Source: Oikopleura dioica (taxonomy: Eukaryota; Animalia; Chordata). From it: a stretch of 64,000 nt of DNA. The stretch spans positions 1,426,001 to 1,490,000 of the forward strand of contig OU015570.1 of the NCBI GenBank assembly GCA_907165135.1. Direction: 5' to 3'. This document shows, one piece after another, positions 37,563 through 49,699 of this stretch (its first letter is position 1; each line of letters starts with the position of its first letter). A model generated the notes under the pieces. That model had not been told where the DNA came from and searched no databases. It worked only from the letters and a program-made list of their open reading frames with translations. Position numbers and translations under genes: made by a program.

Positions 37563-39030
37563 GTGACCATGATCCGCTTCCCAATTACCCGATATGGCTC
37601 CATCGATTTCAATAACTTGGATGAAATGAATTTTTCATTCAAGCTGCAGCCGATTCCGGTTGCGCGAGGAAGTAACAGAGGCTCTGCTTACTGGGGACTC
37701 ATTCGCCGGGGAGCGGCAGCCGCTATCCACCCCTTCTCCCTTAACCTTGTTGGAAAGGTGATTGGCGACTTGGTCGCGAGGTTTGTCACCCACGGCTTAC
37801 CGATTTTTGATACTCCACTTTAGCAGCTTGCTTTGTGGTCATCAGACCACCAATCTTGGAGATCTCTTCCGACGGGAAATCGCTAAAGTGGAACAAGAAA
37901 TGGCCATCTTGTTCAAGCTCGTGGTTGGCGAGGAAGTCGACGAGAACACCGCCAACGCCGACTGGGCTATCCAGCGCATTGATGAGCTGCGCGGCTTCTT
38001 TGCTAGAACTGAGCGTTCCATCTTCGTCTGAACCTGCAAAAAATGGTGAAAGTGGACTTTCCAGCGTTCACCGCTGACCCAAGGTAGTCTCTCTCGCTCC
38101 GTTTCATTAACTCTTTGCATTAGCAACTGGCCCCAATACAAACTGTTTTCGGAACGCCTGGTTGCCATTGCGAGGGACTCCTGGTGCGAAGTCGCCGCTT
38201 TCTGGCAACGCTCCTTTCGAGTGAATCGAGAGGGATATTGCCCTGAATTGCTGACCAGACCGGCTCAAGAAGATACAAAGCAATTCTTCCGCGAAGTTGC
38301 GTTGGCTCTCTCTCGAGAGAACTTCCGTCGCCCAGCTCCTCTGAACGTCGTTTGGTTGGTCGAACGAGCCTTAAACTGAACTTAACTGAGCCTTTGTTTA
38401 TCACCTACCATGTAAGCCTTCACTACAATTCTTGTACCTCACTCTCTAGTGCGACCACCTTTTGCTCCTTGATACTGAATCTGAGGAGAAATGATTCCCA
38501 TTCTGATTGAATGGGAATGGCTTGCCCACCGGGCACAGCCAGCGGACATGCATGTGGTGCTGCGGGAGATGATTGGTCGGTACGAGCGAACTCGACCATA
38601 CTTGTCCTCGAAGATCGCCTTTGTGATTCACATCGCTCACACTAACGACTGGCGAATCCCTGTCGCTCGGCGGCCTCGCAGCTGGAAGAACTTCTCCGAG
38701 CCCCCTCGTCTCGATGAGTTCTCCCTCTACGATGAGGAAGACGTTCCAATTTCCAAACGGGAAAGGGTAAACATTTTAATGTGGTTGATTCAAGCTAACC
38801 AATCCCTCAGATGGAGTCAAGAAAACGTCGCCCTAACAAGCGATTGCGACTCAACCTGCAGCGATCTGCCCACGAGCTGCAGATGTAAGCTAGATTTCTC
38901 GGCGGTGCGGTTTATTTGTCTCAACCTGCTTCCGAACCCGAGAAGAAAGATTGAAATATTCTTGAGACCTCGGGGTCATTTGGGTTGCCCAAGTGGCCCC
39001 TTCTTCTTTGTCTGCTTTTCTACTCAGTAG
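37563..39030 (+). CDS. Accessory ORF fragments downstream of YR in element A (37563-37823, 37762-38031, 38491-39030)
   Basis: Co-oriented, protein-like ORFs located between YR and the terminal repeats; no motif recognised. Confidence 0.4.
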
Positions 39031-39162
39031 ATTTATTTTCAAATAAAAAAGGGTTAAGTTCTCAAATTTTTGGAGTTTCTTGGTTTTATCTTTAGCGAAA
39101 GAAAAGATACCATTTACAGTCGAGGCTTTGCATTAATATCCGAATATTGGATAAGATAGAAT

Positions 39163-39602
39163 GTTTTCACTCTCCAATTGTTTGTAAAGTCGTTCTTTAC
39201 TGTAATAATTTACAGTATTTTCTATCCTCAGATCCTCCCGCCCCGGGGCCTGAGTGAGTACGCGATATGTCAAAAATAAGGAATCTTCTTTAGAACCCGG
39301 GGCGCGAGGATCCGTGCATTGAAAATACTCGCCATTCTGTTTTTAATGCGAATTAGTGGAGCGGCTCCAGAATTAATTCGCGTGAAAAACAACTCCTCCT
39401 GATTGGTTGAGATATCCCAAGTCAGTAGAGTTGAAGTTATTTTTACGCGCTTTAGATTAATTCTGTCGATGTACTCCTCTCATGCTGACAGAATATTATT
39501 ACGTACCCACCCACTCCACCCGGGTATCTTTCCTTTCTTTATGGTAAAGAACGATATCAGTTTTCACTCTCCAATTGTTTGTAAAGTCGTTCTTTACTGT
39601 AA
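39163..39602. repeat. Pair of identical 43-bp direct repeats (39163-39205, 39560-39602); putative B1-A2-B2 3' terminus of element A
   Basis: GTTTTCACTCTCCAATTGTTTGTAAAGTCGTTCTTTACTGTAA occurs twice. Confidence 0.9.
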
Positions 39603-40140
39603 GAAATGACTTTAAAAGTGTAAAAGAAAGCCTGCCAAAATATTTCTCCGAAAACAGTGGAAAAAGGTGAAAAAATTTCGGCTGCTACAAAAATATTAAT
39701 CAGAAAATAATCTCACCATATTTCGGCAGTTTTACCGAAACATTTCTCCATACTACCCTTAAAGGAGTTAATGGAGTTAATGGAGAGGTTTTGAAATAAG
39801 AGCTACACGGTCGTGAGGCGCACAGCGTGAGACAAAACGCGGCGCGGCGTGAAAGCACTTGTTTTTAACGGAACACTACAAACCTATCTGAATTGAAAAA
39901 ACGGATAAGAATTGCGAGAGGAGATAGAGTTTTACCAACTCAAGTCATTTTCTCCAATTTACTTTTTGACGATTCTGCTAATTTTTCATCTGTAAAGAGT
40001 TAAGGCTATGATGATAGCAAATCCGACGAAATTTTGGAAAAAGCTCCATTTGTTTCGATTTTACGGCAATGCAAAAGAAGGGCACGGGAGGGCGCTAGGC
40101 GAGCGAGGCACGCCGCGCCGATTTCTTGTTCTACCCTTAA

Positions 40141-40513
40141 GGGGCGGGTCGACGAGAATCGGGATTTCCGTGACCAAAAATGGGAGAAAACCTAAAAGAT
40201 AGGCGAAATCTGAATTTAGTGGCGAATAGAAAGGGTTGAAAAAATTAACCGGCGAAAAGTAGAAAAAATTTGGCCAGAAAAAATCGGTCAAAAATCCCAT
40301 CAAAGTGGGGCCATTTTCGCGAAAATGCACCAAAAATGGTCATTTTTTTACATTTTTCCTAATTTTACCCTCTAAATCTCATTTTTATCAAATGATTTTA
40401 GGCTCAAAAGATTTGGGAGAATCTGTAGATTCCAAAAATATAAGTTTCATATCCAGACTATGAGTACAAGCGAAATTACGATCACCCCTGAAAAATTCTC
40501 GTCGACCCTCCCC
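40141..40513. mobile_element. Kolobok-type MITE
   Basis: TTAA|GGGGCGGGTCGACGAGAAT ... ATTCTCGTCGACCCTCCCC|TTAA. Confidence 0.8.
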
Positions 40514-40517
40514 TTAA

Positions 40518-41184
40518 GGGATCCCCTCCCGATTTGAAAAATATCATCGAGGGCTTTTATGTGATATATTTTCGGAATCTCCGTTGTCTGGCGATCATTT
40601 TCATATATTATGTCAAAGGGAGTCCGTCACGTGGCAACCCGTGACACAGTTTTCAAAATGGCTTATTTTAACGAAAAATTTTACTTAGTTTTTGACTTTT
40701 CAAAGTCGACATAATCAGATGAATATGGGCACTTTAGAAAGCTTAGAAAAAATGTATTAGAAAAAATAGATTTAATGAAATATCTAACCACTCAAAGGCG
40801 CTAGAGAGCAAAGAAAGTCGAAAAAATGGCAAAAATCAGTTAAAAAACATCTTGTTTAGAAAAATTCTACAATCCTTGACGGAATCACATGCCTGTACTA
40901 GAGATTATAGATCAGGGATCAAGGAAGACAGTTGTTATTGATTTAAGGCTCTATCTAAGAGCAGAAAATACTAGTTTGATTTTGAAAATGGCCCAAAATG
41001 GGGTTTTTCGCGAATATCAATGTTTTCAGCCCGTCTTTTCTAGGTGTTTCCCCTTATGAAAATTAATTTCTGTACTTGAGTTTGTTCATTAAGAAACGGG
41101 CTTCAAAATGAGCCATCATACTTGTAAAAAGCTCAGCCCTAAAAAAGAAGTTCGAAGTCAAAGTTGACGAAATCGGGGGATCCC
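40518..41184. mobile_element. Kolobok-type MITE sharing a TTAA with the preceding element
   Basis: TTAA|GGGATCCCC ... GGGGATCCC|TTAA. Confidence 0.8.
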
Positions 41185-41804
41185 TTAAGCAGAGATTTAA
41201 ATTCAATAAAGTCCGAATCTGTGGGATCATGATTGAGCTCCTTTAATTTTGTTCTATCCGAAAACTTATTTAATAAAGCCTGTTGAGGTCATTTTATAAA
41301 TTAATTTGATAAAATTATGTCAGCAAGCTCGCAACATTCGTTACATTTTCGTAAGAATCCCTCCTCAGGTCAGTTAATAGATTTTTAAGACTTTGATTTA
41401 AAACAGCAGCGAGAATTCCCTTTAGTCAAGGGACTCTCAACAGTTCAGTGAAAGAAATTTATATACATATATGTAAATGACATATTTTCACTCTTATTAA
41501 CATGAAAAGGGTAAAGAATCATAATTCATTAACAGCTTATAAAAAAATAATAAATCCTTTATGGGATATACATAGGGATTTTAACCGGAAAGCGGCGCGC
41601 GGCGTGGCGCTTCTGGCCCAAAATGACGGATGTCTATTTCGTTCTCTTTGGGGTTCGCAATGAAAAGATTTATTTTTAGAGTCTTATGTAGGGCTCGAAC
41701 AAGTCGAACCCTTATGGTCAAAAAGTGGAAACTCTCTGGTTAATTTGATAATTTAGTTATTTCGAACATTAACGGTTATATTCAGAGTCAGTTGGAGCAC
41801 AGCT

Positions 41805-42527
41805 CAGGGGTCTGGATTCGCTTTGCGAAATCGCCATATAGCGAAGCGAAGCGAGGCGAAGCGCATTCGCTTCGCTTCGCTTTCGCTTTTGAAAATTTCA
41901 ATTCGCTTCGATTCGCTTTCGCTTTTCAAAAAAATTTCGATTAGCTATAATTTGATAATTAAAATGTTAAAATCTTTTCAAATAAATCCAAAGCTTTCTT
42001 CTCAAAACCCCTAAAACCATCATTTTTGGTCATATTCAGCCACTAGGATTACGAAAAATCATAAACATGAGCAGAAGTTTCAATTTGAGTCGGAAGGAGC
42101 ACAAGTGTACAAGACATTTGTGAGAAATGAGCTCATCTGCTACATTTTGATCACTAGTATTGAACCGTGTCAAGTCCCTAGAGGAATTTTTGGTCATTTT
42201 CCGATTTATGTTTTAGTTGAAGGCTGAAGAAAGCAGTCCAAAAAACTTCTGTCACCTAAAATCTAGAAATCTCCGAATGAGTAAAATCTACCTTGGTAAT
42301 CTTATTTTGAGCCCTGAGTATAAAGAAAAAAATTTTTGGAATTTTATTCATCCAAAAAATGATGAAAAATTCCGTTTTTTTCGCTTTTGAAAGAAAATTT
42401 TCGCTTCGCTTCGCTTTCGCTTGTGAAATTTTAATTCGCTACGCTTTGCTTTCGCTTAAATTTTTAAAAAAATTTTCGCCTTCGCTTCGCTTTCGCTTTT
42501 CACTTTCGGGCAAAATCCAGACCCCTG
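41805..42527. mobile_element. MITE with CAGGGGTCTGGATT TIRs and (GCGAA)n/(TTCGC)n subterminal repeats
   Basis: 14-bp perfect TIR; a lone related end at about 14485; no clear TSD. Confidence 0.7.
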
Positions 42528-43133
42528 CTGTCACAGCTTATAAGGTGGTCGTAAATGGTAGTGCATAGAGACGCCCCTGGTGACCAGAGGATTGTGCATC
42601 GACTTATCGAACCCCACAATTCTCGGGCCTCCGGGGACATCCGGTCAATCAGTGGTGAAGTGGCATATGTGGGAGAAAGTAAAGCGGATTGAAAAAGTTT
42701 TTGATCCATCTCTTCCGGCGGCACAAGCGGTCATTCTTTCATAGGTTCATAATAATCATGTTTATTCATTTAAGAGAATGTCAGATTTGCATCATGACTG
42801 ACAATGATTATGAATTCATTTTGTCAAAAGCGCGATAACACAGCGCGATTGATGAGCGCCAGTGAGAGAAGGAGTTATGGCCCGCACTTTCTCTTTCGAT
42901 CTTAAGTTCGCCAGAACACATTTCTCACTGAGAAATAAAATCGGAATGGGAAAAAGTTTTTCCAACTATTCGAAGATTTGAAAACGAACGTTTTTGCGCG
43001 GAAGTAGTGCATCATGAACATGAAGGACACGAATAAAAATAAAGATATTGGTTTGAAACAGACCACGATGATCTAGATATAACAAGTGAAAAGAAATTAT
43101 TGTAAAGAATGCGTAAAAAAAAATAACCAAGTA

Positions 43134-45520
43134 CAGTGAAAACCCATTTTAAGGCCCACCCTTTTAAGGCCACTTTTTTGGAAAGTCTCCAAAATCTGTC
43201 ATCCTAAAAAAATCCACTATAAGGCCAATTTTTTTAAATTTTTTTTTTCAAAATCCGAAAATTACAGTTTCGCTTGTAAAAGCTAGCTTTTTTCGACTGT
43301 GTCTTCGGCCATTTTGAAGTCGGTGGCTTTTCAGTGTCGGCATTGTCTGTCACTTGAACTTGAGGCACTTCTTCAATCTCTATCGGAGTCCGAGGACGTG
43401 TTTCATCAATTTGAAGCGCCAGAAAACTGCTCAACCAATTCTTCTTCATGACCAGAACATTTTCTGCAATATCGAGATCTTCAAACTGCTCGATTTCTTC
43501 TCAAAAATAAGCCTCTTGAAATAGTCCTGTGTTGATCCATGATCGCTTGAAGATTGCGGGGTTCAAGTGCAAGAAAATTTCGATGGATATTTTCGATCCA
43601 TTTCTCTTATATGTTGTCAGAAAAATATTTTTGAAAGAATGAAAGGGAGAATCACCAAGAGTCAAATTTAAAGAACACATTTGGAATCATACTTGATTCG
43701 GGCGATAGAAACATGCGGTAGACTCGTGTAATGATTATACACTACAAAGTGATTTTTATCTGAGATGTTTATTCCAGAAAAATGAAAAGTAGAATGATGC
43801 ATTCAAAAAGGTGCACTCGTTTTTATAGTTGGTTTCGTGTTCATTGACTGATTCCGTGGACTCGGAGAATTCGGAGTTCACGAAAATGAAAATAATGAGA
43901 ACAAGAACAGCTAGCGCTGAGCTGCCAGGATTGATTGATAGGAAAGGACAAATTTATACATAGCGCAATACAGTAAATAAACACTAAATATTCCTCCCTC
44001 ATTATTTGAAGCGAAGCTTAGGGAAAATAGAAATTTCTAACAGATACATCAATTAAAAATTTCACTGAGATTTTTAGGGAAAGATGGTTGATCGTAGTTG
44101 ATCGGCGAGTTTTCCACAGGTACTGGTTGACGATTTTGATTCTTCTTTTTAAGAGGTTATACAATAAGTTGGAAGATTTCGTCGTAGTTGAATTTGTATT
44201 TCGCCTTGATTGATTCTGCTTCTGCTTGCTCGTTTTCGATCATTTCGCGTGTTCTCTTCAAATTCTCCATGTAAGCGATGGGTAGAAAATCAACTGGAAT
44301 GATGATGTTGAAGATCGCTGGTAGTAAAAAGCGTTGCACGATCCTTTTTGAGTGAGCGGGGGCAAAAATGAAGAAATCATTTTCAAGATTTTTCATTTTT
44401 GGCTTTTCTCGTTTTTACGATTCTAGCGCTGCTAGACAGGTACCAGTCGGGACTCGGGCGCGACCGGGATAATTGCTGGGGGCGCTCAGCCGTGACGCGC
44501 CCCAATTGTGTTCCAACGCGAGGCGAATATTGTGCTTGGAATTTTTCTTGGGTTTGAGAAGGCTTTATTTCGATTCTTCGCTGAAGAATGAAACGATACA
44601 TCATTAAGGGACCCCGCCGACCGAGCTCCGCGCGCTTCTCGCTCTTTTTCACTCTCACTCTTCAGCTGGTTTAATTTTTTCGATTATCGTGATTTTTTGT
44701 ACACGAACTAATCTTTTTATGCTCTTTCATCTCCATTTCTTAAAATTTTCATAGCTTATTGCAACGCTGAGTTAGGGCGAAAACATCGGCGCTCGATTTC
44801 AAGTGTACATAAGTACTCGAATTATTCGGATTGACACTTCGAGACTACCCTCATTGAAAAGCCCGTGCCTTCTTGCATAAGGCTTACTTATTGAGATTTT
44901 ATTATAATTTATGCAGCTCTCGTAATCGAGCGGTAAATAAAGGTTGTTCTGACCAGCGCAGCGGGAATCCCGCGCCAACAGTGTAAACTGCCCGTGTTTC
45001 ACGCCGAGCGCTCCAGGTAACCCGCATTAATCCCACGATAATCGGATAAGTAAACTCTTCCGGGAAATCTCAATAAGTAGGCCTTATGCAAGAAGGCACG
45101 GGCTTTTCAATGAGGGCAGTCTCGAAGTGTCAATCCGAATAATTCGAGTACTTATGTACACTTGAAATCGAGCGCCGATGTTTTCGCCCTAACTCAGCGT
45201 AGCAATAAGCTATGAAAATTTTAAGAAATGGAGATGAAAGAGCATAAAAGATTAGTTCGTGTACAAAATCACGATAATCGAAAAATTAAACCAGCTGAAG
45301 AGTGAGAGTGAAAAAGAGCGAGAAGCGCGCGGAGCTCGGTCGGCGGGGTCCCTTAAGTCGCATGACAAAGAATTATTCTCCAAATACTTTTGCTTGTTTA
45401 TCTTCGCTGGAGATAATATTTCTTTGATTTTCGACAGAATACGCGCAGATTCATAAAACGCACAATTCATTTCTAGATAAATTCGCGTACGGAGCCTTTT
45501 TGGAGAAATTGACGGCATTT
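43134..45520 (-). pseudogene. pogo/Tigger-like transposase remnant interrupted by a MITE
   Basis: TA|CAGTGAAAACCC end at 43132. KWIENIHRNFLALEPAIFKRSWINTGLF (about 43519-43605). Removing the TTAA MITE fuses ORFs as NSLSCD-LMMYRF. A derivative copy lies at about 21055-21260. Confidence 0.45.
44608..45352. mobile_element. Long-palindromic Kolobok-type MITE
   Basis: TTAA TSD (44604-44607, 45353-45356); about 290-bp inverted arms starting GGGACCCCGCCGACCGAGCTCC. Confidence 0.9.
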
Positions 45521-46693
45521 TCAGTTAACTGTGATGTTTCCGCGAAAGACTATCACATATACCGCTCCTAACAAACTGAAGGCGATTTCAGTTATTAGTG
45601 ATTATCTTCGCTGAAGATTTGTCGAGTTGTTTTTGATTTCTTGTAAGGTGATTTTACATTTTACTTCGCTGAAGTTTGAATTGATACTGTCGCATGACAT
45701 GTTTAAGTTGAGCTGATATTTTCTTCGCTGAGGATATCAGTGCAAATGCCGCTATTCTCGCTGAGAGTATTCGAAGTTTTCAATTTAAGGTTAATGATAG
45801 GTGCCAATTGACAAGGTTGCATTTTGTTGTTTCCGCAGCCACGCTCGAAATGAACATATCAGAACTTAAGGTCTTCTGTTCGATTGTGGCCACGTGGTCA
45901 GCCGACGTAAGAAAAGATAGCAGAAAATCTCAAAGGCTGGTCATCTTTAACTTGTTGGTTTTGCGGCGGATATTCAATGGGGTTTTTAACGACGATAAAT
46001 CAGTTTATGTAGAGGTCCCTTCTCTGTGAGCTACCATTGAATTTTGCGTAAGTCGGACGTCCATGGTCTTTAAATAATGGCAACCACATACGCTGTATGC
46101 GGATTTTAGACAAAGGTTGTGAAGATCCATTCTCCCCCTTTTTATTAATTTTATCGCTTTCGCAGATGCAAATGCTTGATTGTGCATTAAGTTTACGTCG
46201 TAGTTGAACGTTGTCTCCGGCGACATCATTCACGCATTGTTGGAATCGGCTGATTTCTTCTGCTAGAAGATGTTGCATTGTTTGGATTGCGGCAGGTTTT
46301 TGTATTATGATAACATTTCATATTGGAAGATAACTGTGCTCGATGGTTGAATGAAACTCTGCTGAGTTGGATGTCCGCAAGACCGTTTGTTTAAAGGCAT
46401 GTCAGAAGTTAACGGGTCACATTTTAGACTGGTCGCGCTGCAAACCAGTTTTTTGTTATCCTTCTTTTTAATGGACAAAATTTTGGATTTGATCGCTGAT
46501 CTGGCTAGAATAAGCCATTTGATGAGGCAAGCGTCGTTTTCGTTTCAGTGCGTATAGTCGGTATCCATTTTTAAGCAAGAGAAGAACGGCTTCTTATGCA
46601 GATAATTTTTTCGAATTGATCTCTCTAGCTCGTTTGATCTCGTGATGATCGTTTTGATATTCAGCTTGTCTTTTTCCCGCAAAAGAAGTCCTT

Positions 46694-47340
46694 TCATTTT
46701 ACCATTTTGACACTGACAGAATCTCTCGACAAGCAGTTCTTCGTCAGTTTACGAAGATCGGCGACATTATAACCTAGCTTGAAGTAGGAACAGAGTTTAG
46801 CCATCGCGACTCCAAAAGCATTGGATCCTTTTTCGTAGTTCTCGAACTGAAACTTGTAGTAGTCTCTTGTTTTTCCAAGGCAGTCGAGCATTTTTGTTTT
46901 GAAGGAGTTCCAATCTTTCAATTCACTGAGTGACAGTGATAACGCAATGTGGCTGCCATCTTCATTTGCTAGCAAGCTGGTCAGAGCTACAGTGATAAGC
47001 TCTTCATCAGAAAGGGCAGAGACTTTGCCGGAAATTTCCAGACTTTAGAGCCATGAGCTGATAGGAAGATTCGAGTCATATTTTGGACTTTGACGGTCAC
47101 ATTTTTCATAGCGCGCGTCGGAATAACTCGAGAATTTGGCGGTGCTGGATTCTTGTTTTCAAGCTTAGGGATATTATCATCCTTGTTGCTTTCTCGAAAT
47201 GCAGCCGGGGTAAAAACTCGTAAATGTATTGCTAGAAAGCTTGAACCCTCTTCTATAAAAATAAACAATTGTAAATCGAAAGATCCGTTCCGATTTTTCA
47301 CCAGAGAGCAAAAGAGAAATCTGGCGCAAAACGCCACCAC
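46694..47340 (-). pseudogene. gag-like retrotransposon remnant
   Basis: LSDEELITVALTSLLANEDG..ELKDWNSFKTKMLDCLG..FENYEKG, capsid-like spacing; frameshifted. Confidence 0.4.
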
Positions 47341-47802
47341 TTTTGAGTTTTCATTCGAAACTTCGCAGAGTGATTCGTTTTTGTCCTGTTAGCTCACATT
47401 TCAAAATTCAGGTCAAACAGATAACTACAACGGGAATAACAGGGGGTCAAAGTCGCCGTGGTCCAATGATTGGACCACGTGCATTGAGAAGTTAATAGTA
47501 CTGCTGATAAACGAAGAATGAGATAATACAAAGATGACGATAAGAATAAAGAAAATAATAAAGGTTCAACCAAACAAAGAAAAGTTGAAATCCCTGTGTA
47601 TAAAAAACCTCTTTTTCGGATGAGGGGGAGGAGATGTAAGGGAGAATATCCCTTACATTAGTGTTTGAGTTGAGAGAGCAATATTCTGTTCTCAGTCACA
47701 ATGACTTTCCCTATGTTTGGTCGCCGGAGGGCGCTAATTGAGTGAAGATGTTAGGCAAGAATCGCTCTTGCCTGTAGCAAACGCTTGTGTCCATTTCTGG
47801 TT

Positions 47803-48099
47803 ACTTCCGGTCAACTTCCGGTCAACTTCCGGTCCACTTCTGGTCACTTCCGGTCCACTTCCGGTCACTTCCGGTTCATTTCCGGTTCACCTCCAGATCA
47901 ATACTATAAGTGCACATCGATCCATATACCTTACTAGTGCATTACTGAGCTAATGCTCACTTAAAACAGCGCCATCTAGTGTGTGCTCTCGCGCCCAATC
48001 TAGTGTTGGCTCTCGCGCCCCATCTAGTGTCAGCTCTCTAGCGCCACCTAGTGGACACTCTAGTGACCTCTAGTGGTGACACACTAGCGCCACCTATGG
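47803..48099. repeat. Array of ACTTCCGG units followed by an array of GCGCC(A/C)(C/T)CTAGTG units
   Basis: Six perfect ACTTCCGG plus variants (47803-47885); about five GCGCCxxCTAGTG variants (47968-48099). Confidence 0.85.
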
Positions 48100-48131
48100 T
48101 GAGCACAAAAACATTTGTTTACAAATAACAA

Positions 48132-48514
48132 TGTATTGACTCAATGTGTGGGTCAATGATTCACTTCTGACGCTTGAATGACATCATCCGAAGAGACTCC
48201 TGGAACCTTCTAGCGACAATGACTCACGCTGACGAATTATGACATCATATTGGAGAAGATACTTGATTGTTCTATTACTCTTCTAAGAAGCTACATGATT
48301 ATTCTATTACTGTTCCACGAAAGTTCTCGAACATTCTTATTATCCCTTTCTGCGTATATAAGGGCGATTTTCGCCTCAATAAATCATTCTAACGAACCAA
48401 ACAAAAACACTTGTCTTTTTATGCAGCAGAAGAAACCAGCAAACAACAGCAGAAGCAACAACAGCAGCAGCAACAACACCAGCAGCAGCAACCACAACGG
48501 CCGCTGAGCAATCA
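48132..48514 (+). repeat. Putative 5' LTR
   Basis: TG..CA ends with imperfect inverted termini, TATATAA (about 48356) and AATAAA (about 48378), followed by G-TGGTAAC. Confidence 0.6.
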
Positions 48515-48744
48515 GTGGTAACAAGTACTCTCACGGGTAATTGCGAACTCAGGTCTACGCCTTAGTAGAGCTGTTTTGAGTCTTGAATCTTGTAGTCGCA
48601 GTGTATTGTCTATTTAGTCGTACACGCATAGACCCAAGTATAAAAAACCCGAGCAGGAATTTGACTAGCGTCAGGAGACCGGTACCAGGGTACTTTATTT
48701 GTGCCCTATTAGTTCCTAACGCCAAATCTCTCAACGGCGATCTT

Positions 48745-49605
48745 ATGCGCGATCAAACGGCATCTTTACGTTCGTCTGAGTCTGCGCTCTCGTCACTTGA
48801 GTTCACCGGCCGCGATTTTGATCGCACTGCACAATTTCTCGTGCTTGTCGACAAGATTCACGACACCTACATCGACTCCGACGCCGCACTTGAAGCTACT
48901 TTCGTCAAGCAGGTGAAAATGCGACTTGCCGAAAATCCCTACGCCCGACTCAAGGCAACCACGACTTTTACTTCAACCTGGGCCGAGCTGAATGCCTGGA
49001 TTACCGCCAATTTTGGTCTCACGTCAATTCAATTGTTCACCCGGGCGATCGAGACCGACTACAAGAAAAATTCCTGCTGGAAAGCCTTCGCCACCGACGT
49101 CGACTCTCGCATAGCCGCCGTTAAAGCCGCAGTTGTCGAGCAGATACGAGCCCGCAATGCCAAAATTAACGGCAAAAGCAGTGACCATGCCGAAAACGCG
49201 CCATCTGTCGATGACATATTTTTCTTCTTCAGCGCCGCCGTTGTGGCAGAAAGACTGAAATCACACGCCGGCCAAACCCACTCCCTTCTCGCGCAAGAAT
49301 GGAAATCGGTCAACAACGCCGCCGACCTAGCCTGCAAAGCCGAGTTAATAATTGCGCAACCCGGCCGCTCATCTTCTGCCTTCTACACGAGCTACTCTAA
49401 GCCGAGCACAAAGCCCGCCAATCCCTCTGACAAAAAGCCCGATCAGAAAAAGACCGGCAAAAAGTGGCGCGAGCCCTGTTAATTGGGCAGAGACTGCCGC
49501 AAAGGCAGAGCCGGCAAATGCGAATTCTACAACGGCCCCGGTTTCGGCTCCATAACCCAATTTTCTGCATTTGTCGCCAAGGACAAAGCTCCACAGCAGT
49601 CATAG
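48745..49605 (+). pseudogene. gag: gag with one in-frame stop and a Cys-rich C-terminal motif
   Basis: Follows the PBS; helical capsid-like region; PC*LGRDCRKGRAGKCEFYN. Confidence 0.7.
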
Positions 49606-49699
49606 TCGCTTCTCGTCGAGTGTTCGGCGGTTTTTCAATAACTGCTGATGTTACTATGTGTGCAACCTCAGCAGAACTCCTCACTTGCCACACGTACTT

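Larger units (their letters stand above)
31540..39602 (+). mobile_element. Tyrosine-recombinase retroelement A (DIRS/PAT/Ngaro-like), 5'-truncated, decayed
   Basis: ORF1, RT/RH/MT-like pol, spliced ORF-X, YR, downstream ORFs and terminal 43-bp direct repeats; left boundary approximate. Confidence 0.88.

Noticed and set aside
42600-42700. YVGES as a GIY-YIG endonuclease motif
   Set aside because: Isolated five residues flanked by stops, with no GIY or downstream Arg/His pattern.
48121-48133. 13-bp match (ACAAATAACAATG) to the element B terminal repeat
   Set aside because: Short and AT-rich with no further alignment; compatible with chance.
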